64,000 nt of DNA from Alphaproteobacteria bacterium (GTDB lineage: Bacteria; Pseudomonadota; Alphaproteobacteria; GM7ARS4; CBDIDI01), in assembly GCA_965277685.1 (NCBI GenBank), contig OZ255830.1, positions 1,385,367 through 1,449,366 of the forward strand, in the 5' to 3' direction. Below the pieces are notes generated by a model. The model worked only from the letters and a program-made list of their open reading frames with translations. It made no database searches and was not told the DNA's origin. Position numbers and translations under genes: made by a program. Position 1 is the stretch's first letter. The number at the start of each line of letters is the position of its first letter. Shown in pieces: positions 51,473 through 59,551 of the stretch.

Positions 51473-52240
51473 GTGGGAGGAAAAAGCAAGGTGGCCAATA
51501 TGAAATACGGACATACCGTCAAATCCTTCGATAAGGAACTGCAGTCATTAAGGGATAATATTTACACGATGGGGGAAATGGCCGGTGCGATGTTGGGGGA
51601 GGCCATGGTCGCCGCGTTGGAACGCGATCAAAAAAAATCGACCCACGTTATTCGACGGGACAGCACGGTTGATGATTTGGAAAACGATACATCGATGTTT
51701 GCGGTTCGGCTTCTTGCCCTGCGCCAACCGATGGCCAATGATCTTCGTCAGATCGTCAGCGCGGTCAAGATTGCCAGTGATATCGAGCGCATCGCCGATT
51801 ATGCGACAAGCATTGCCCGGCGTGCCGGATCATTGGATCGAACCAGTCCGATTGCACCGGAAAAACACGTGCGGCGGATGGCCAAAGCGGTGGATATGAC
51901 GTTGCGTGATACGTTGACGGCCTACCGAAGTGGCGATTTTACCCGCAGTTTGGAAATATGGGATCAGGATCGCGAAATCGATGCGATGTATGTCAGTCTG
52001 TTTCGTGAATTGGTGACGTATATGATTGAAGATCCACGTTGCATCGGGATCGGCATTCATCTTCTTTTTATGGCCAAAAACCTCGAGCGGATTGGCGACC
52101 ACGTGACCAATATTGCGGAATCGATGTATTATATTGCCCATGGCAAGCCACTGGTGCGGGAACGTCCATGGCGCGATGAGGAGCTTGGCGAATTCAAGCA
52201 AATCGTTACTTCCGGCAAAAAGCGTGGGCAGAATAAATAG
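51473..52240 (+). CDS. phoU: phosphate signalling complex protein PhoU (start likely GTG 51491 or ATG 51500)
   Basis: Two PhoU repeats (DDLENDTSMFAVRLLALRQPMANDLR and DREIDAMYVSLFREL...ERIGDHVTNIAE). Follows pstB. Confidence 0.9.
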   Translation: MGGKSKVANMKYGHTVKSFDKELQSLRDNIYTMGEMAGAMLGEAMVAALERDQKKSTHVIRRDSTVDDLENDTSMFAVRLLALRQPMANDLRQIVSAVKIASDIERIADYATSIARRAGSLDRTSPIAPEKHVRRMAKAVDMTLRDTLTAYRSGDFTRSLEIWDQDREIDAMYVSLFRELVTYMIEDPRCIGIGIHLLFMAKNLERIGDHVTNIAESMYYIAHGKPLVRERPWRDEELGEFKQIVTSGKKRGQNK

Positions 52241-52287
52241 GGGTTTTTCGGTCTCAACGGGCGATCGCGAATCGGCACCGTGATCGT

Positions 52288-52902
52288 ATGTATAACGTTG
52301 CCCGGAATAATTTTTACGCCAATCGTAAAAACGCCACGATCATGACACCGACCGGCGTTAGCCGTTTTATCTTCGATTTGGTGCGGGATAAAATCACCAA
52401 GGGTGTCGTGATCGATCCGTGTGTTGGCGACGGTTCTTTGCTGAAGCCGTTTGCCGATGATGGGTTTAAGGTTCTTGGTATCGATATCGAGCAACAGGGA
52501 TTTCGCCAAACCCATTGCCGTGATTTTATCGACGTCAAGCAAGGGGAATTTCCCGATCCTGCTTTGGTCGTGGCCAATCCACCGTTTAATATTGATCGCA
52601 AGGTCGGCGAAAAGATCAAGAGCATCTACGGCGCGCGTCCATTGCTGCCCGAGGTATGGTTGCAAAAAATCATTGCGTTGTGGGGATGCACAATTCCCAT
52701 TGTCCTTTTCACACCTTATGGAATGCGGCTTAACCAAACCAAGAAAAGCAAAAGATGGAATAAATTTGTCGATGGCACCTATCCACCGATTGCATCGATT
52801 GTCGCTTTACCCAAGGATGTATACGATAACGTTTTGTTTCATAGCGAGATTCTGATTTTTAATATCAAAGGTCTCGATGCGCATTACTTCTATCACGACT
52901 GA
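52288..52902 (+). CDS. small (204 aa) TaqI/Eco57I-like gamma-class N6-adenine methyltransferase-like protein with no adjacent restriction partner
   Basis: TaqI-type N-terminus (IMTPTGVSRFIFDLV..). Motif I VIDPCVGDGSLL. Motif IV NPPF about 54 aa downstream, the gamma-class order. No target-recognition domain. By eye the GC content is lower than the flanking genes. Confidence 0.5.
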   Translation: MYNVARNNFYANRKNATIMTPTGVSRFIFDLVRDKITKGVVIDPCVGDGSLLKPFADDGFKVLGIDIEQQGFRQTHCRDFIDVKQGEFPDPALVVANPPFNIDRKVGEKIKSIYGARPLLPEVWLQKIIALWGCTIPIVLFTPYGMRLNQTKKSKRWNKFVDGTYPPIASIVALPKDVYDNVLFHSEILIFNIKGLDAHYFYHD

Positions 52903-53007
52903 CGGCATGATTCTTGCGATCACCTTGCCGCGCCGGTGCGTGATTCGTTTATCCGCTTGGGGGCGGACTCTTTCGTCCCCCTCCGGTTCTCTTTAAAAAA
53001 TGGTTCT

Positions 53008-53808
53008 TTAAAAAGGCGTGACGGAAAAGCCGGTCAGGATAACCAACGCCAATCCCATCGTTCGCGCAATTCGGGGCAATGTCCGGTGGGATGCGGCCAT
53101 TGTCCGGCGACCAAAGGCAATGACGGCCGCCAGAATAAACCCCTGGACGAGGGAAAAGCCCAATAAATACGCGCCGGCAACCGGGGCGTCGGCACCGATA
53201 ATCATCTCGCCATAGGCATAGCCATGGGCAAGACCGGCAATGGGAAATGCTGCCATTAAGGAGATGGGCATCCATCGGATTTTTGGGTGGGATGTTTTTT
53301 TGGGGTCAAACGCGCCGGCGGCCATCCAAAGCAATATCGCGGCCATCGTCAAAGAAGACAGGATTAAAACCTCATCATTGATAAAGGTGGGGATAAAGGC
53401 GGGGACAAAGGAGAAAGAAGAAACAATACCCGACGGGGACATGCTGATAAGGGCGCCGATAGCAACCGCGGCAAGAAGCGATAATCCGGCCCGAAGGGCA
53501 AAATGGGCCGGTGCCATGCCGATCATCAGTCCGGCGGCAAGGATAAAGGCAAAATGATCGATCTCAATGATCGGATGGGCGATTCCCGATACCAGACCTT
53601 GCCACATCGTCATCGGTATCTGCCCGTCCATGACATGGTGCGCATGGGCGCTTGACGGCATGCCGATGATGATCATGCCCATCATAACAATGCCCATGAC
53701 GCCGGCAAAGGGCGCAAGCAAGACACGCGGAGCCGATGCGCAATAAGGCGTTTGGATGGATGGATGTCGTTGATGATCGGCTTTGCCGGAATGGGCCGCA
53801 ATCGTCAT
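53008..53808 (-). CDS. hupE: HupE/UreJ-family membrane protein (Ni/Co uptake accessory)
   Basis: N-terminal His-rich signal region (SSAHAHHV). Conserved HPxxExDH-like block (IAHPIIEIDHFAFILAAGLM). Multiple TM segments. Start chosen at MTIAAHSG. Confidence 0.6.
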   Translation of the reverse strand: MTIAAHSGKADHQRHPSIQTPYCASAPRVLLAPFAGVMGIVMMGMIIIGMPSSAHAHHVMDGQIPMTMWQGLVSGIAHPIIEIDHFAFILAAGLMIGMAPAHFALRAGLSLLAAVAIGALISMSPSGIVSSFSFVPAFIPTFINDEVLILSSLTMAAILLWMAAGAFDPKKTSHPKIRWMPISLMAAFPIAGLAHGYAYGEMIIGADAPVAGAYLLGFSLVQGFILAAVIAFGRRTMAASHRTLPRIARTMGLALVILTGFSVTPF

Positions 53809-53963
53809 ATGATGTGTTCCTGATGGCTGGATTTTCTTGGGGCGGCGGGTAAGACCCCCCATGCGTGCGCGCGGCGCGCAAACGCCAACCCCACAAGCAC
53901 AAGGCACCCGAACCGATGCGCTAGCACCGTATCAAAATGCCTTTCTCCGGCACGGTTGTCAAC

Positions 53964-54112
53964 GATGCGATGGCCGATGTTATCCTAGGGGGGCCGATGT
54001 GATGACCGACGCGATGGGCGATGGGATGACCGATGTTATCCTAGGGGGGGCCGATGTTATCACCGACGCGATGGGCGATGGGATGACCGATGTTATCCTA
54101 GGGGGGGGCGGT
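53964..54112. repeat. ~2.5 tandem copies of a ~60-bp unit (gatgcgatgggcgatgggatgaccgatgttatcctaG(6-8)ccgatgt[gt]at[gc]accgac) with a poly-G tract of 6, 7 and 8 in successive copies
   Basis: Direct reading. Intergenic, between the hupE 5' end and the ABC-2 permease 3' end. Confidence 0.85.
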
Positions 54113-54196
54113 CGTGCTTGGAGGGTATGCTTGTCAGGGATCATGATTTTTCCTTGCGGGCATGTCCGGTTTTTTATCGTGCTTTGACGCGGGCCA

Positions 54197-55084
54197 TTAA
54201 GATCGCAGGCGGTGACCGGTTGCAATCATTCGCCAACTAATCAGGGAAAGGGTGATGGCCGCCGCTGCCGTGATCGTCATCCCCAGGATAATATTGGTGT
54301 CATGATACCCGGTTAGGGCATATCGAAATCCGTCGATGAGGTAATGAAACGGATTAAAGGTACTGATGATATTCCATGGCTCGGGCAACTGCCGGACCGA
54401 ATAAAAAGTGCCGGAAAGAAATGTCATCGGCATGACGATAAAATTGGTGATCGTTGCCATTTGGTCAAATTTTCGCGCCCATATTCCGCCAATCAAGCCA
54501 AGGGCGGCCATAATCAGGCTTCCGATAACGGCATAAAACAGCCCGATGCCGATATGCCAGACGCTGTGCTCCATAAAGGGAACAAAAAGGATAAGGGCCA
54601 CACCGCCAACGATTAATGCCCGGGTCAAGGCGCCGAGAAGATAGGCCATCGTGATTTCCCCCGGGCTTAGCGGGGCCATCAGAATATCGACGAAAGATCC
54701 CATGATTTTCGAGTGCAGGATAGATGATGAAGAATTGGCAAATCCATTTTGAATCATCGCCATCATGATAAGGCCGGGGATCAGAAAATCGTAATAGTCA
54801 ATGCCGATATCAACGGCGCGGCGCACCGTGACATTGAAGATAATGATAAACATTGCCATCGTTAAGATGGGCGACAGGATGGTTTGGGCGCCAACGCTGG
54901 CAAAGCGCTGGACCTCTTTATAGTATAACGTCCACAGACCACGCCAATTATGGGTGGTGATCGTGACGATGGTCGGGACATAACCGGTGGGCGAATCGGT
55001 TGGCGGGGGATGGGGCATCGGCGGTGTGCGCATATGACTATTAATCTGGCTAAGGGATGGGGGCAGGTCAAGGGGTGATATCAT
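54197..55084 (-). CDS. ABC-2 family transporter permease (no adjacent ATPase gene)
   Basis: ABC-2 permease N-terminal pattern (NWRGLWTLYYKEVQRF) followed by six TM segments. ~290 aa. Confidence 0.65.
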   Translation of the reverse strand: MISPLDLPPSLSQINSHMRTPPMPHPPPTDSPTGYVPTIVTITTHNWRGLWTLYYKEVQRFASVGAQTILSPILTMAMFIIIFNVTVRRAVDIGIDYYDFLIPGLIMMAMIQNGFANSSSSILHSKIMGSFVDILMAPLSPGEITMAYLLGALTRALIVGGVALILFVPFMEHSVWHIGIGLFYAVIGSLIMAALGLIGGIWARKFDQMATITNFIVMPMTFLSGTFYSVRQLPEPWNIISTFNPFHYLIDGFRYALTGYHDTNIILGMTITAAAAITLSLISWRMIATGHRLRS

Positions 55085-55197
55085 TCTTTGGCACCACGAT
55101 AAGACGATGAAATCGTCCGGGGAAGCACTTGGCTTGGTCGCCTTTGTCCGATGTGCTAGAATGGGGCAGGAGAGAGAGTATGTGTAGGGAAAAGACT

Positions 55198-56001
55198 ATG
55201 AGGCATCCCACCGTTGATCTTCAGGCCATTTTGATTGACATGGAAGGGTCGATTGTTGAAAGCGAGGAAATTCATCGCCGCGCCTTCAATGCGGCGTTTC
55301 GTGAGTGTGGCATGGCATGGCACTGGGATCGGGCGATTTATAAGCAATTGTTATCCATTGCCGGTGGATTGGAGCGTTTGAAGCACTATATCACCCGGAC
55401 CGCGCCCGATATCATGAAGCGGCCGGATGGGTTCAGCTTTCTTGATTCGATGCATAAGGCGAAGAATATCGCTTACGCCCAACTTGTTGAGCGCGAGGGG
55501 GTTTCCCCGCGCCCCGGGGTCGAGCGTCTTTTGACCGAGGCCCGCCGGCGCGACATTAAACTGGCGGTTGTGACATCGGCAACGCTGGAAACCGTTCACA
55601 CCGTGATCGGCAAGGCCCTTGGCGATGATGCGTTGCAATGGTTTGAAGTGATCGCCGATGGGGGCAAGGTGCCCGCCAAAAAACCCGCGCCCGATATCTA
55701 TATTTGGGCAACCGAAGAAATGGGCGTGCCGGTTTCGGCCTGTCTTTCCTTTGAAGACACGCCGCGCGGGGTAAAAGGGTCGATGGCCGCCGGCGTTCCG
55801 GCCGTGGCAACCGTTTCATCCTATACCTATGATGAGGACTTCGACGGCGCCTTGGCGGTGATATCCCATCTCGGCAATCCGGATCAGCCGTTTAAAATGC
55901 TGGCCGGATCGGCTTTCGGTGCCGACTATGTGACGGTTGATTTATTGCGTAAATGGCACCGTTCGGCAAAGCCGACGGTCGTGCGTGGCGGGTGTCGTTA
56001 G
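55198..56001 (+). CDS. HAD-superfamily hydrolase, CbbY-like
   Basis: HAD motif I ILIDMEGSIVESE. Motif II/III region (VVTSATL...K...FEDT). CbbY-like overall pattern. Start chosen at MRHPTVDLQAIL. Confidence 0.7.
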   Translation: MRHPTVDLQAILIDMEGSIVESEEIHRRAFNAAFRECGMAWHWDRAIYKQLLSIAGGLERLKHYITRTAPDIMKRPDGFSFLDSMHKAKNIAYAQLVEREGVSPRPGVERLLTEARRRDIKLAVVTSATLETVHTVIGKALGDDALQWFEVIADGGKVPAKKPAPDIYIWATEEMGVPVSACLSFEDTPRGVKGSMAAGVPAVATVSSYTYDEDFDGALAVISHLGNPDQPFKMLAGSAFGADYVTVDLLRKWHRSAKPTVVRGGCR

Positions 56002-56009
56002 CGATTGGT

Positions 56010-58352
56010 ATGAAAAGGCACTATCGGACGATGACGGCGATCGCCGCGGCCGCTTTTTTGGCTTTTTGCCAAATCTTTTTTCCTTTATCACTCTCGGCCG
56101 GAAATATCGGGGATGCGTACGGGGATGTATCGTCGGTCTCGCTGATTGCGGCAAGCGAAGGGATTGCCCCGGGGCAAAAACGGGTTCTGGCCGGATTGCG
56201 GATAACCCTTGGGCCGGGATGGAAAACATACTGGCGCGCACCGGGGGATGCGGGGTTTGCTCTTTCTGCCAAGTGGACCGATAACGATAATATTCGGGAT
56301 ATCACGATCGAATGGCCGGCACCGCGTCGCTACAGCGAATACGGGTTGGAAACAATCGGCTATGAAAAAGATGTGACCCTTCCCGTAAAACTGACTCTGG
56401 CCGATCCGGGTCGGGCCGCGACGATCGGCGCCACCGTCGATTACCTGGTGTGCAAGGATGTGTGCATACCGAAATCGGCCCCCGTTTTTTTATCCTTACC
56501 GGCACTGGCCGCGCCGATGCCATCGCCGATGGCTCCGATTATTGAAGCCGCCCTCGATCGGGTGCCGCCGATGGCATCGGATGATTTGCGGATTGAAAAA
56601 GCACTCTGGCAAGCGGATGGGGTGCTGGAAATCGACGTGTCAAGCACGACGGCCATGGGTTCCCTTGATGCCTTTATCGAAGATGCCGGTGATATCTCTT
56701 TTCCGGCTCCGCAGATACGCTTTATGCATGATGGGTATCGGGCGTTGCTTCGCTTTCAGGCAAGGAAACCGGTGCAATCTTCCCCGCTTGGCCGTGTGAT
56801 AAGGGTGACTGTTGTCGATATGCCGGGCCAAGCGGATCGATCCGATCTTGATGCGGATCGCTTGCAATCGGTGGCCTGGCGCAGTGCTTCGGATATGGTC
56901 ACCGTGACCGGGACACCCGTTCGCGGTGGGGGCGGATTCCACCCGACGATGACGTTTTCCGGAATTTTATGGATGATGTTGCTGGCGGTCATCGGGGGTT
57001 TGATCCTTAACGTCATGCCGTGTGTTTTGCCGGTGTTATCGCTGAAATTGATGACGGTCGTTAACGCCCAACAAAGAAAAGGGCAAAGAGAGGGGCAAAG
57101 GGAAAGACCAAGGGACAGACAGGAAGAAAAGGATGGCGGGGACGAGAAAGCATGTGAGGGGGAGAAAGCCGCGCGTCCCGCAATGCATTCCGGCGGCGTG
57201 GCAATATGGACTAAATCCCTTTTTTCGAGGGGCGAGAAAGCCGCGCGTCCCGCGATCCATTCCGATGCCGTGGCAATACGGACTAAATTCCTTTTTTCGG
57301 TGGCGGGAATTTTGGTTTCTTTCATGCTTTTGGCATTGGCCCTGATTGTCTTTCGCGCGGCCGGATATGCCGTGGGTTGGGGGTTCCATTTCCAGTCGCC
57401 GGTATTCCTCGCTTTGATGGGGGCAATGATGACGATCTTTGCTTCATCGATTATTTTGGATGCGCCATTGCATTTGCCCGGATGGCTTTCCCAACGGCTT
57501 TCCCGCCATCCTGCCGATGGGAATGATCGGCACGGCGGGGCATTTATCCAGGGTATGTTCGCCGTGGCATTGGCAACCCCTTGTTCGGCACCGGTTATCG
57601 GAACCGTGGCCGGATTCGCTTTATCCCGCGGCGCGATTGATATTCTTTTGATCTTCCAAGCGATGGCATGGGGTTTTGCTTTGCCGTGGTTGGTGATTGC
57701 CGCGTTTCCGCGTTTGATTTTTCTATTGCCGAAACCGGGCCGATGGATGCGGGCGATACAGTGGGGTTTGGCCGTTGCATTGTTGTTGACGGTGGTATGG
57801 TTGATTTTTGTGATCATTGCCCAGCGAGGCGGCGGTGTTGCGGCCGTGGTCGCGCTGGGATGTGTGTTTCTCTTTTTCTTGCCGGTGCTGGTGCGCCGTT
57901 ATGTTTATGCCTTGATGATCGCGATTGTGGTGGCCATCGGCGCGGTGCCCTTTGTCCATGATGGGGCTCAAGATGGGCAAAAACGGGTGGCGGCAGCCGG
58001 CATTTGGTCGCCCCTTGATCCGGAACGAATCCCAATTTTAGTCGATCAAGGGCGCGTCGTTCTGGTCGATGTTACTGCCGATTGGTGCATCACGTGTCAA
58101 ATCAATCATCTTTTGGTTCTGGATCGGGATGCAACCCGGCGCATGCTTGATGATTTTAATGTCGTTGCCATGCGCGGTGACTGGACTTTGCCCGATGATC
58201 AAATTGCCGCTTTTCTTGCCGGGTTTCAGCGCTATGGGGTACCATTCAACGCCGTCTACGGACCCGGGGCAAAGGATGGCATTGTTTTGTCGGAAATCCT
58301 GGATCAAGACGATTTGCATGCGGCATTGGTCGCTGCATCAAGGCCAAAATAA
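56010..58352 (+). CDS. dsbD: thiol:disulfide interchange protein DsbD family (N-terminal periplasmic domain, TM core with two Cys, C-terminal thioredoxin CxxC)
   Basis: TM Cys pair (VMPCVLPVLSL and ATPCSAPVIG). C-terminal thioredoxin VDVTADWCITCQIN. Charged ~70-aa insertion containing a 69/71-bp tandem duplication in the first cytoplasmic loop. Confidence 0.8.
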   Translation: MKRHYRTMTAIAAAAFLAFCQIFFPLSLSAGNIGDAYGDVSSVSLIAASEGIAPGQKRVLAGLRITLGPGWKTYWRAPGDAGFALSAKWTDNDNIRDITIEWPAPRRYSEYGLETIGYEKDVTLPVKLTLADPGRAATIGATVDYLVCKDVCIPKSAPVFLSLPALAAPMPSPMAPIIEAALDRVPPMASDDLRIEKALWQADGVLEIDVSSTTAMGSLDAFIEDAGDISFPAPQIRFMHDGYRALLRFQARKPVQSSPLGRVIRVTVVDMPGQADRSDLDADRLQSVAWRSASDMVTVTGTPVRGGGGFHPTMTFSGILWMMLLAVIGGLILNVMPCVLPVLSLKLMTVVNAQQRKGQREGQRERPRDRQEEKDGGDEKACEGEKAARPAMHSGGVAIWTKSLFSRGEKAARPAIHSDAVAIRTKFLFSVAGILVSFMLLALALIVFRAAGYAVGWGFHFQSPVFLALMGAMMTIFASSIILDAPLHLPGWLSQRLSRHPADGNDRHGGAFIQGMFAVALATPCSAPVIGTVAGFALSRGAIDILLIFQAMAWGFALPWLVIAAFPRLIFLLPKPGRWMRAIQWGLAVALLLTVVWLIFVIIAQRGGGVAAVVALGCVFLFFLPVLVRRYVYALMIAIVVAIGAVPFVHDGAQDGQKRVAAAGIWSPLDPERIPILVDQGRVVLVDVTADWCITCQINHLLVLDRDATRRMLDDFNVVAMRGDWTLPDDQIAAFLAGFQRYGVPFNAVYGPGAKDGIVLSEILDQDDLHAALVAASRPK
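57159..57300 (+). repeat. in-frame ~70-bp tandem duplication inside dsbD (encodes EGEKAARPAMHSGGVAIWTKSLFSRG / EKAARPAIHSDAVAIRTKFLFS)
   Basis: gagaaagccgcgcgtcccgc[a/g]at[g/c]cattccg[gc]...gtggcaata[tc]ggactaaat[c/t]cc(t)tttttcg repeated. Confidence 0.85.
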
Positions 58353-58620
58353 TCCATCGGCATGGGTCGCTGCATCACGGCCAAAATAATCCATCGGCAT
58401 GGGTCGCTGCATCACGGCCAAAATAATCCATTGGCATTGGTCGCGGTCGTTATGGCGCGGCTAAGATTCCGCCCGGGTTGCCCCGGGATGACGTGCAAGG
58501 TTGCGTCCGGATGCCCCGAAATGGCTCCAAAATTGCATCAAGGAAATTGCGCTGGGATGCCCTGAAATAGCCCCGGAATTGCATCAAGGAAATTGCATCG
58601 AGAGAATTGCGGGGCCGGGA
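58323..58620. repeat. two adjacent tandem arrays after dsbD: ~3 copies of a ~40-bp unit containing the dsbD stop (cggccaaaaTAAtccatcggcatgggtcgctgcatca), then 2 copies of gaaat[ga]gc[tc]cc[ag][ag]aattgcatcaaggaaattgc
   Basis: Direct reading. The first unit is the dsbD 3' end (...AASRPK*). Confidence 0.85.
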
Positions 58621-58789
58621 TCTCGCGTCATGGTTCTTCCCCGAATACGGCCCTTATGCCGTCGCCGATCGCGCTTGGCGGCGTTTTTTGTTCATTATTA
58701 TCGCGCCCGATCCGCCCGATCGTGATCTTTTCGGCATGCCAGAAACGCCGTGTCCCGACAATAGGGCATATGCCGACCCGGCCTGAATC

Positions 58790-59065
58790 GTAGATGAATC
58801 ATAGATTTTTATGAAACAAGAACATAATAGATACAAAAAAAGAATAAAAGATAAACACCATGAATATGCAGTCAGAATATCATCAATTCACATAGGTTTC
58901 CCATGAAAATACCTTGATAATTCCATCTTTTTCTATATCTTCCCATGTATTCCCATTTGTGGGATGCACTTGTCTTGATGGCGGGATGATGCGTTCTTCA
59001 TCCCTCGATATGGCGGTTTGATCGATGGACATCGACGGGTATGGGCAAGAAATTGATACGGGAAA
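58790..59065 (+). promoter_or_regulatory. AT-rich leader/promoter region of the dcw cluster upstream of mraZ
   Basis: Marked drop in GC by eye (e.g. aacaagaacataatagatacaaaaaaagaataaaagataaacacc) immediately upstream of mraZ, the position of the conserved dcw promoter. Confidence 0.35.
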
Positions 59066-59551
59066 TTGATGCGGATGGCCTTATTCATTTCAACGACGGT
59101 CAACAAGGTCGATAGAAAATCACGGGTATCGGTGCCATCGTCGTTTCGCCATGCCTTGCAAGGCGACGGCAATGGGGCGATGGCTCTTTGGCCGCGCCAT
59201 GACCTGCAGGTTCTGGATGGGTGTGACCAGGGCCGAATCACGCGTCTTGCGGCAAGCATCGATGATCCCGGTTTTTTGGCCGGGCAAGAAGACATATCCC
59301 TTGATATTGCCCGTATTGCCCTTGCCGATGCGCGGATGCTGAATATCGATGGCAATGGGCGTATTGTTTTACCGGATGATTTTCGTGCCCATGCGAATAT
59401 TGAGGATCGGGTGGTTTTTGTCGGCATGGGCGCGATTTTCCAAATGTGGAATCCCAACGGCTATGCCCGGTGGCGCGATCAAAAATTGCAGACGGCAAAG
59501 AAAAAAGGGCTAAGCGTCAATCTGCGGCCTCTTGCCGGATCCGGGTCATGA
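59066..59551 (+). CDS. mraZ: division/cell wall cluster transcriptional regulator MraZ
   Basis: Two MraZ (SpoVT/AbrB-like) repeats, each with a DxxxR motif (VDRKSRVSVPSSFR and IDGNGRIVLPDDFR). Its TGA overlaps the rsmH ATG. Confidence 0.85.
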   Translation: MMRMALFISTTVNKVDRKSRVSVPSSFRHALQGDGNGAMALWPRHDLQVLDGCDQGRITRLAASIDDPGFLAGQEDISLDIARIALADARMLNIDGNGRIVLPDDFRAHANIEDRVVFVGMGAIFQMWNPNGYARWRDQKLQTAKKKGLSVNLRPLAGSGS

